Assembly: GCA_030295235.1 (NCBI GenBank)
Contig: AP026148.1
Span: 248,001-312,000, forward strand
Source: Fistulifera solaris
Lineage: Eukaryota
Direction: 5' to 3'
DNA length: 64,000 nucleotides
Part shown: positions 38,110-48,045 of the stretch, piece by piece
Layout: every line of letters begins with the position of its first letter
Numbering within the stretch: the stretch's first letter is position 1
Program-made: the position numbers and the translations under genes
Notes under the pieces: model-generated
The model's input: the letters and a program-made list of their open reading frames with translations, nothing else
Database searches by the model: none
Told to the model about the DNA's origin: nothing

Positions 38110-39363
38110 ATGTTGTACGAAACACCTGAATCCTTCCAGCCAGTTCCCGAGACGGAACTGACAGAAGAATTGAAAATGAGGTTTCGTTTGCTGTGCCGCG
38201 AAATTTCTGTCCTTTATAAATTTTCGGGGGACATGGCAAATTTCATGGGGATCCTGCATCAGCTCATCACCGAACAGATCAAGGCGCATCCCATCCTTGT
38301 CAGAGTCATCACGACAGAAGCGAACACACTATCACTTCTGGGAGTGGCCTGCAAACATGCGGGTGCCCATTTTCAGGAAACGATTCGGTTTCTTATTGAC
38401 AATAATCCGCATGCCCTTTTGTGGGCGCCTTCGGTCCATGAATCACCCATTCACACACTGGTTTCGAATGGGAACTTTGCAATAATACCTTGGATTATGG
38501 AGAGGTATCCATGGGTGTCGCAGCATCAACTGTACGGAGGGAAACCGCCTCATATCGAAATGATGAAGCATTATGTTTGTGGTCGATGCGATCTGGAAGC
38601 AATTCGAAAAGTCTACCAGCTCTATCCCCAGGGGCTTCGAGAGAGAGAAGGAACAGGTTTTACCAGCAGGTACCCCTTGTTGATGAGTGTGGAAGGTTAT
38701 TGCGAACCAGATGCGGACTTTTTTATTTGGATGGCGGAACAATATCCCGAGGCAGTGTATGACGGAGTTCCGGGTTTTACGATTCTGCATCGTCTTTGCT
38801 CGTTGATGGCCCAGACAGAACGTCGAGGCGTACTCAACAAGTGCACACCAAATATGGCCAAAATTTGCCGTTTTCTAATTACCAAGCATTCGTCCCTTGT
38901 CCGTCAAACTACCAACTACGGTAGTTACTTACCGATTCACAAGCTGGCACATCGCTGCGACCGTCCCCTGGTGCGCGAGATGGTGATTCTATTGTTGAGA
39001 GCGTACCCTGAATGCGTACAAGTCGTCGCCGGCGACTCGCATCCCGCGCTGGCTACGGTCTCGTTCATTCGGCAAATGCACTCACTTGTATTGGAGGAAG
39101 TAGCGATTGAGGAGGAAATCATGACGCTGGAGAAGAATGCGCGAAATATGAACACGGCTGCAGTATTTTCGACCGATCCCATACGGTTCGGTTCTCTCTC
39201 GGAAGTCTTTTCCGCATGGGCGAACCAACGAATCGCTGATGTTTTGCTGCCACGGAGGCATCAAATCCAAGTACAGCTTGAGGATAACTACCGCCCTCTT
39301 GAAAAGAACGACGTTGATGAGTTAGCTGCGGAGTTAAATGATCGGGAACTGTTAGGACATTAG
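38110..39363 (+). CDS. Lineage-specific ankyrin-like repeat protein
   Basis: Repeated SPIH/YPLL/TILH/LPIH and (Y)PE-type motifs followed by a coiled-coil-like tail. Confidence 0.75.
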   Translation: MLYETPESFQPVPETELTEELKMRFRLLCREISVLYKFSGDMANFMGILHQLITEQIKAHPILVRVITTEANTLSLLGVACKHAGAHFQETIRFLIDNNPHALLWAPSVHESPIHTLVSNGNFAIIPWIMERYPWVSQHQLYGGKPPHIEMMKHYVCGRCDLEAIRKVYQLYPQGLREREGTGFTSRYPLLMSVEGYCEPDADFFIWMAEQYPEAVYDGVPGFTILHRLCSLMAQTERRGVLNKCTPNMAKICRFLITKHSSLVRQTTNYGSYLPIHKLAHRCDRPLVREMVILLLRAYPECVQVVAGDSHPALATVSFIRQMHSLVLEEVAIEEEIMTLEKNARNMNTAAVFSTDPIRFGSLSEVFSAWANQRIADVLLPRRHQIQVQLEDNYRPLEKNDVDELAAELNDRELLGH

Positions 39364-39422
39364 AATGGTTTCCAAAATGTGAGGGTGAATAATTGTGGAA
39401 TAATAGGTTACTTGTACGTGCG

Positions 39423-39816
39423 TGTCAGATTGAGGGTCTGGACGTCAATCAGGGTGGCTTATGTATCATGGATCGGGGTAGAAATACGACGTGATTGGGA
39501 TGGCTCTGTGGTTCGATTCCACAGTACGTTAGTATTTTAACATGGTAACGTGCAGGGTTCGAACCCGCGCGGAGTGCGTTTGTTGCCGACTCCTGAGAAG
39601 CCGGGAGGATAAAAGAACAGGGCTGGAAGCGGTCTCAAGTGAGGAGGCTGAAGGGCATAAACAGTACGGATCATGATAGTATAAGGCCAGGGAGGATGTC
39701 AGATTGAGGGTCTGGACGTCAATCAGGGTGGCTTATGTATCATGGATCGGGGTAGAAATACGACGTGATTGGGATGGCTCTGTGGTTCGATTCCACAGTA
39801 CGTTAGTATTTTAACA
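39423..39816 (+). mobile_element. TRIM (miniature non-autonomous LTR retrotransposon) with tRNA-like LTRs
   Basis: Identical 120-bp TG...CA LTRs at 39423-39542 and 39697-39816. PBS TGGTAACGTGC at 39543. PPT AAGGCCAGGGAGGA at 39683-39696. TSD CGTGCG on both sides. Confidence 0.95.
39455..39538 (+). promoter_or_regulatory. Pol III type-2-like signals in the 5' LTR (weak A box, consensus B box, T4); repeated in the 3' LTR
   Basis: TGGCTTA at 39455, GGTTCGATTCC at 39510-39520 inside a TGTGG/CCACA stem, and TTTT at 39535-39538. Confidence 0.65.
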
Positions 39817-39964
39817 CGTGCGTACCATCGGCGTCCGTGTTTAAATTGAGTGCCGAATTGCGACTGACATCAATTAAAACAAAAAAAATCCGAATCATCA
39901 TCGTCGCATCTGCTGTTGACGCAGAAGCAAACAAAAGTTTTTTCATAAACATTACTTTAGCACA

Positions 39965-40608
39965 ATGAAGCTTAGTCCGTCACTTTGTTTTGCTATCATC
40001 TTGCCCTCCCTTACCCAGGCCTTCTCGCCGAAACATCATGCGGACAAATCCTCCTGGAAGAACGTGTCCACAATCCCCCCTACGGAGACTCTCACGTTTT
40101 GGAGTGCAGCCTTCTGGTCGGTGCTAGCACCAGCAGCCTTCGCCGTATCGGGTGGTGGCTTGGACTTTGCCGGAACTGATATCAGTGGACAAGACTTTTC
40201 GAAAGGAAATTACAAGGGGAAAGATTTCACGCAAGGTGCGTTTGGCAAAGCAATCCGACATTTCATTTACGATTCCCCTAACACTTCTTCCGTGCAGTCA
40301 TTGCAAAGGGAACGAATTTCGCTGGAAGCAATTTACAGGGCTGTCGCTTTTATAAGGCGTATCTTGTCAATACGAATTTCGATGATGCCGATCTGCGCGG
40401 AGCCTCTTTGGAAGATACCAGCATGGATGGTGCCAGTTTGAGAAATACCATGGCAGCTGGAGCCTACTTTTCGGCCAGTATCTTGGATGCGAAAGATCTG
40501 ACGAATGCGGACTTTACGGATGCTCAATTTCCATTGAAAACGTTGCCTCAACTGTGTATGCGCGACGATGTGACAGATATAACACGCGAATCTCTCATGT
40601 GTCCTTGA
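39965..40608 (+). CDS. Pentapeptide-repeat protein, probably thylakoid lumen, 2 exons
   Basis: Signal TQA-FSP, lumenal AAFA leader and ADLRG/ASLED/ADFTD repeats. Intron 40236-40297. Confidence 0.88.
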
Positions 40609-40735
40609 AGAAGGCAATCGCGAGAGAGGACACAAACAATCTTTGTCATTAGAATGATATTTAGCAGCCTAACTCTAAACAATTATTAACTCTCTTATCA
40701 GTACAAGTTCCTCGTGGCCATCATCGTAATAGATT

Positions 40736-43700
40736 TTATTCTAGACCAAAACCTTCACATTCCAGAATCGCACGACCGAGACGATCGCAAAGTTTTTCAT
40801 AATTTGATCCGTAATCGGGTAAAAGCAACGTATTGAAGCAGGTATGAGATGTTGGAAGGTGATCGGAGTCAACACCGGCTCGTTGTACTTTGAATTGCAA
40901 CGATCCGAGTCCCCCAATGGGCGCTTTGGAACTGCCTGTACTAAATTGCAAAAACTTCATCTTGGTATCCAAATCCGCGCTCTTGAGATATTTCCATAGG
41001 TTTTGCACCGCTTCGGACTCTTTTGTGTATCCTCCTTCGTATTCGGCATTTTGCTCCAAGGCGTCGAAGTCTAATTCAGGGGTACCGACCACTAAGAGTT
41101 CAAGTTCCTCGGGGCGAAAAAAGATCTAAGCTGGAAGACTCCATGATGCGCAGCACACCTTTTTGAAAGCATCCCATTGCGGCTGAATACTGTCTACCAG
41201 GAGCCATTTGACATATAGTAACACATATTCCTCCTTGTTGAAACTTGTTACGGGAATATCAGCACCTCCAGGCTTCAGCTCTACTTTCTTTTCTTCTCCA
41301 AGATCCATCCAAGACACCTCGAAAGAAAGACAGAAGATATCTTCGACATCATCGCCATCGTAGTCGAGTAGTTGTTGCATTCCTTTGCGAATTTCAGGAT
41401 CGACTAAATCTTCTAGTCCCAAAGGAAGATCCAATAGTTTTCGGTACACGGCCTGGGGAAAATGGACGTCGAGAAGGACGCCATTGTACAAGCCTAGACC
41501 GAACAAAATCCCGACCAGCTCGTAGCCCTGTTCATCCCACGTGCAATCCGAGTTGAACCAAGTAATATTGTCACCAAATCTTCTCGTCCACATGCTTGAA
41601 TTTACGTCGAATAGCTCATCGCTTACCAGGTGAAAAAATTCTCTCGTCACTCCACCGGCGTCGACACCGTCTTCTCCTTTGAACTTGACCCGAAGTTTCA
41701 TCCGTAGTTCTTTCGGATCTGCTTCCTTTATTTTCGCTAGAGTTTGCTCCAAAAGGTTCTCTCGTTCCACTTCGAGTACATAGAATGGGTCAATCGCGAG
41801 ACCATCCGGTCGAATTTCCACACGGCCACTTTCAGTTGCTGTTTTCATCATATTCACTTGACTTTCTATCAAAAGTAAATCTCGCTTTTTCGATGGAGGG
41901 ATTAAAAAGGGACTCGCACAGATAAGAAAAGGACGCGAAGCTGGGTCTTTGCCGTAAGACTTCAGAGAACGCAAATCGTCGAACAACATTTCCAGCGGCA
42001 TTTTTTCTACGGCTTCGCTATAAAAGTCCTCTGGTGCGGCAATATTAGCACGCTCGGAAGCTCGATGAAGCCATCGCAGTACGGAAACGATGATTGGAAC
42101 GGCTCGACGAGAGACCTTGGTGTGCACCACGCCGTTTTCGTCAATTTCAACATGAAGCGCTTTACCAAGTTGAGAAAGCAATGGTTTTACCAGCATCCGA
42201 ACGAAAAGATCGGATGGATACAAGGTCATCCATACCAACAATGCCTTGAAACCTTCGTACGGAAGTCCTAGGAGCGTCTCGCACAAAGCCATAACACAAC
42301 TACCCCTTGGATCGAAGTCGACACCATGACGGCTATTCAAGTCAAAAAACCGTATATAGTGAAGCAAACACCGAACAGATTCAGGATATATCATTCGCGC
42401 CTGTGATTTCGATAAGCTTTGAAGTCCTTGTTGAATACTTTTCTCTGCAACATCGGCAAGCGACTTTTGTAACTCCATATTCTTGAGTTTCGTAAGCTCC
42501 AAGAATAGATGGTCAAGCTCAGATGGATCAAGGAACAATCCATTGAGCACCGACGGGTATTTGAGTAGCTGTTCGGTTCGATTTACTAGCTCTCGAGAGG
42601 ACGGACTCACGTTGTCTTCTACTTCCATTTCGTTGGCTACTCTTCCGACGAGCTCTTCCAAACTACCAGACACGCCTGTTTCGGGACTTTCCCGCAAAGC
42701 TGAATCGAAATCTACGGAGTATTTCTGGAAACCCTTTTCCGCAGCAATCGCAACATTCTGATCTCCTCCAGCCGTAATGGTTAAAATGTTTTTCCCAGAA
42801 AGAACTTTCTTCAACTCGCCGCTTGTGGTCGCGCCCATCTGCCAAACATCACCAGAATCGTCAAGGAGTAAAGTATTCTCACAACCGGCCTCCGCGGAAA
42901 TGAATCGACCATTCTCAGGGTGGCGGACAATCTCTACGCGGTTGATAATTTCTTTTCCTGATACGCCTAGCTGCCCTTTACTATTGGAACCACATACAAG
43001 TAAGGTTCCGGATCTTGTCACAAGGACCGTGTGATCATTTCCAGCAGCAGCGTGCACCACTGCCACATCGTCGGCCAGTGATATTTTGGAGTTGTTTTCA
43101 GATACCGACCAGTTCGGGAACGGAGTCTTTCCAAGTGGCGTCTCAAGCTGACTTGTCGGCGTAAGAACCGGAACAGGAGAAAGCAGTTCCGTCGGATAGC
43201 CTCTACCGCAGCAACCGGACGTATTCAGGCCCCAAGCATAGGCACTGCCGTGTGCCGTAAGAACGACGGCATGATCTTTTCCGGCTGCGACAGCAGCTAA
43301 CGGTAAGCCCACTAATGCGGGTTGCTCCGCCGGAAGATTGAGACCAAGGTCGCTTTGTTTCAAATTTACGCGATATCCTGCCACCGTTGGGACACCACAC
43401 GCCAATACCGACATGCGTGAAGTCAACACGAGAGTAAATTGATTTCCGCAAGCGACGGAAACTGCTCGTGTGCCTTGTCCGAGAAACATGGCTTTCGGGC
43501 TACACCATTCCTTCAAACAATTATCCTGATCAGATGATCGAAAATGACCTAATTGTCCCTTCTCGTTGCTTCCCCAGGTCAAAACGACTCCCATATCCGT
43601 GATGGCTGCAGTATGATCCCAGCCACAGCTTACATGACGAACGAACGCTGTCCCCAAACATTCCAATTTGGACGGGCGAACTATTTCTGCAATATCACGG

Positions 43701-44941
43701 GAATGCAACGGATCGACAGCACCAGATGTGTTGATTCCACAAGCAAAGACTTCCCCTTGATTGGTGGCATACGCCGAATGATACGGACCGCAGGAGACGG
43801 AAAAAACACCGTTCAGTCGTCCGACCCGACTTTCCGCGGAAACTTTGGAATCTTCCGGGCTTCTCGCCGTCATGTCATCATGCAGTGCACTAGATGCGAG
43901 GGGACCCCATGAATAAACCGCGAATTCAAAGCCCTTCGTCTCCTCTGACTTTGGAACCGCAATCGATCCCGATATGTTCCTTTGTAAGGCCGACAAATTA
44001 CTAATGCTCCTTTTCGGCAGTAACGGTTGGATTTCTGGCTTTACTTGCGAAGTATAAACATCATTTTGTATTGTTTCTTGATCAATTTCCATTTCTGGAT
44101 CATCCGACTCAGCTTCCGTCTGTTCTATGGTAATTTCCTGAATGTACGTGGTCAAAAGCATACTGCTATGCTCGTGCAGAATCATATCATCCCCACCAAA
44201 AATACTGACAGAAAGCCGGCGACTCGCCACCAGGCTACTCGAGCGCCGATACGATCGTGCTCGCGGTGGACGTAAAGCACTGACAGACTCTTCGTCGTCA
44301 TGTTTCTCAGCATGCTCGAACTGCGCCTGCGTTCGTTGCACGAGCAACGACGCCCGTGCCGATTGTCGTACTTGTAAGGTGCTACTGCAACGCAGCATTT
44401 GTAAAGGTATGCGATTCGAATGAGCGAATTCGGCTGTCCGTAGACGTTCGGATAAATCAGACGCACTCGGTAAATGATCCAGACGCTGCCGCAAACTTCC
44501 CAACATGCTATTGACGGACTCAAACATGGCTCTACCGAGGCGTCTCGGGCGATTGAGTCGTTCTTCGATCTCTCTCAAGTCATTGTCAATGTCGCTCAAG
44601 GAGATGTCTGGGTTATTCATGTTATTATTATTGTTGTTGTTTTCATTGTGGTCTGCCATTGTTCTGTAATCGTAAAAATCAGAACAAGATTGCCTTTTTT
44701 CCTTCAAAACAAGTAATAAACCTTCCGTCTCCCTTTTTAATATCTCGCAATCACGCACCACGCACGCACCGTCACTCGTCGTCATTCCGCTCATCCGTTC
44801 GTCATTTGTTGCTGGAGCAAGGAGCTCCGTCAGTGATATCTCGACGACGGACGGACAGGTCCCCGAACAATCTTCGTTCGCTTCCGTCACGGTTCCAGGC
44901 TCCAGGCCTTTTGTCATGCTACTTTTCAGACGATAGTTCAT
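40736..44941 (-). CDS. HERC-type E3 ligase (RCC1 repeats + HECT), frameshift near 41160
   Basis: VSCGWDH and WGSNEKGQLG RCC1 repeats; FKGEDGVDAGGVTREFF; LPTSHTCFN catalytic Cys. The start may be the ATG at 44659. Confidence 0.92.
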
Positions 44942-45168
44942 AAACGCCGACTTTCCTTTCTATTGGAGAGTGGTGTTTGACAGTGTTGTCAAAGAGTCAA
45001 CGAAACACGTCATCAGCCATGACACACATCACCAAACTTCCCCTTCGAAACCAGTTTATTGCTCACAACAAACAAAACATGATTTTTTTTGTTGCCGTTG
45101 TTAGTCCTGGCAATCGCTACAAGTCGCGGGAAGTCTATTGCATTTCAACGAGAAACTAGATATCCAGG

Positions 45169-46979
45169 ATGAAGAAGCATGCATGTCTGCGCCGGTTCAC
45201 TTGCATAGCACTTCTTTTGATTATTCAAGCGATTGGAGCTTTTCAGACACATTTCCTCCCATCGGCCATTTTTCACTCTGTCCAAGCAAGGACTATTACA
45301 AGTACATCGTTTCAAGAAACATGTTTGTCAAGTTATCGAAATGGAGATGAAATTGGATCTCTTGTCACCAACATGACAGACGTTTTAGCATTAGCAATAC
45401 AGCCACCGGGCAAAGTCGGAAAAAATCCTTTGGCCACAGAAAATCCGACCGTCGACGAGGAAGGAGCGCAATTGTCGATTACCAATGAAGGAATGGCACC
45501 AACAAACTTATCTTACGGCGACAAAACCAGTGATTCATCCAGTTTACCTACATTGAGTGACTCTACGAAACATGCGCTGCAATTCCGTGCAATTTACAAA
45601 GATCTACTGAAAGCTTCCATTATCGGTCTGGCATCGGGTGTCGCTATTTCAACCTTCAAACTGGCAGTCGATGGTATTCGTCATGCGTTTTATAGTAATC
45701 CCGCGCTATTGGCGCAATCTTGGTACCGGGTTCTCATCCCTGTGATAGGTGGGTTGCTGGTGGGATGCTTGTCGCTGCCGGGTACCTTTCCTCCAGGAAT
45801 GATTGATGTTCTCGCCGATGTCGATCGGGAATCAAATCTCCCAGTACGATCCATTCGAACTAGATTACAGCAACAACTGCAGTCGCTTCGGAAATCGGTT
45901 GCCGCTGCAGTTACATTGGGGACTGGTGTAGTCTCGGGCCGGAAGGCCCTTGTGTGGAGCTCGGTATGAGTGTAGCACGATCTTGTATGGACATGCAAGC
46001 CAACGGCAACCGTGTGGACCGAGTTGCCTGGAATCGAATGTTGTTGGCATGTGGTGCCGCTTCGGGTGTGGCCGCAGGATTCAATGCACCTCTCTCGGGT
46101 ATTTTATTTGCCATGGAGGTGATTCGAAACGCGTTTCGCAAAAATGAAAACGTCGACGACTCATTGAACACGTCGATGCTGTCGGCACCGTCTACTATAG
46201 CCCCCGTGGTTGTCTCCTCTGTTATGGCGGCTTTGGTGACACAACGGCTGGTGGGTGCGCATGTGGTCTTGCACTTGTCGCACTACACGCTCCGCAATCT
46301 TTTGGCGGAAATTCCTCTCTATGCCATGTTGGGGACGCTTTGTGGTTTCGTGGCCTTTGAATTCAATCAATTCAGTAAGCTCAGCAAGGATATCTTTCAG
46401 GGAAATCGTGGTTTCACTTTTGTGAGATCGTTTATGAAGAGGGCACCAAATTCATTGAAGCCCATGATGGGAGGTACTGTCTGCGGTATCCTTGGATTAA
46501 TCGTTCCAGGAGTTTTATTTGTAGGCTACGACTCCATCAATGCCCTTCTCAACCATGATGCACTGTCGACAAGCCATCTGTTGATGCTTCTTTTGACAAA
46601 GGGATTTGCAACAGCAATATCGGGTGGATCGGGACTTGTTGGAGGAACTTTTGCACCATCGTTGTTTTTGGGTGCCATGACTGGTGCTTCCTTTTACAAT
46701 TTAGTCAACGGCATTTTTGTATTTTTTGCCACTTCGACCGGTTCCTTATCGGGTTTTCCGCTTTCCGATCTGCCAGGATTCACCATGGTCGGAGCAGCGA
46801 GTGTTCTAGCTGCTCTGTTCCGAGCTCCTTTGACGGCTACTATGTTGTTGTTCGAGTTGACGCATGATTACAAAGTACTTCTTCCACTCATGGTGAGTGC
46901 GGGGATTGGGTCTGTTGTACGAGATATTTTGGAGACCAAAGCAACAGTAAAGTATGTACAAAACAATATCAAAGCATAA
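45169..46979 (+). CDS. CLC chloride channel/transporter, putatively plastid-targeted, frameshift near 45929
   Basis: Corrected junction reads TLGTGCSLGPEGPCVELG; GVAAGFNAPL, GGTFAPSL and FELT. Signal IGA-FQT; no CBS domains visible. Confidence 0.9.
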
Positions 46980-47190
46980 ACTAGAATTTGATCAAATTAT
47001 TCAAGACTGCAATTTAGTCGTGAGACTGCACTCCGTGAGCCTTATCCCTTATAAAGTACTCAACCACTCAACTTCGACAAAAACATTCGTTGCACCGCAA
47101 AACAAAAAGAAAGATAAGAAACGTGCTTTTCTTTCATTGTTCATCCGGTTCATTGCTCATTTGTCGTTTGAAAAGACCTTAAGAAGAACT

Positions 47191-47912
47191 ATGAGTGATC
47201 AGCTGAAGTTCATGTCATACAAATCTCCCAAAACGGTGGTCGCCGAATCGGTACGTGTTGACAGATGATGGTATCGAAGAGAAATAAAGTGAGACTGACA
47301 TGTAACGCTTTTGCATCGCAGGTCTTTCAGTTTATGCATGGTACGAATACTTTATAAAGAGTAAATTGCGTGTTCAGGTCGCAAGGTCTCACCTTTCATT
47401 TCTTTCTCAGGCCTCATTTATGGTGCAGCATGGGGTTTGGTAAGCATTCAACTATCTAACGTTTCGTGATCTTCACCGTCGAGATAATCAACCGCTTATT
47501 TATACTTGTATTGCAGGTAACACCGTTTCCAGCTCCGGGATCTGCTGCCGCAGCTCGAGGTACGTGACAAACAGGGGGTTGATGAGTCTACCGTACACTT
47601 CCTCTAACGTTTTGTTTCAAAGAAGCAGCAACGGGAATTTTCCGACCCGTTCCAGTGTTTAGCTCTTTGTCGGCTGTTCCTTCCAATGCGATTTTCTTTG
47701 CAAGTCTGCTAGGTTACCAACGGTTTTGTTCGAAGGGTTTGGAGCTCATTCGGAGAAAGGAAGATGTGTACAATGATCTATTTGGTTTTGCGATGATTTG
47801 GCCTTATTATTCCTACATACTGAACTATTCGGAGCGAAGACTGATTCTTCATAACCGCTGCGTAGGTGGAGCAGTTCTTATGTCCATCGGATATGCGACT
47901 TTCCTTGCGTGA
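47191..47912 (+). CDS. Tim17/Tim22/Tim23-family-like small membrane protein, 5 exons
   Basis: Exons 47191-47250, 47322-47340, 47411-47439, 47517-47559 and 47623-47912 splice in frame. GxxxG helix and LELIRRKEDVYN motif. Confidence 0.7.
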
Positions 47913-48045
47913 GCAGAATTTGAACTTTCATTTCATTTTATGTAGCAATTAAGCAACAACGAGTTCTATGCAGTAGAATTGAGACCTCGTTTATCGTAGA
48001 AGAGTGCTGATTAGTTGCATAGCCTATTCCTTTATAAAACCCTGG

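Noticed and set aside
39448..39531. Functional tRNA gene in the LTR
   Set aside because: Only the T-arm and 3' end are tRNA-like. No convincing D-arm, anticodon arm or full acceptor stem.
41126..41170. Programmed ribosomal frameshifting in HERC and other split genes
   Set aside because: Splits are scattered through unrelated housekeeping genes, often at homopolymers; sequencing error is far more parsimonious.
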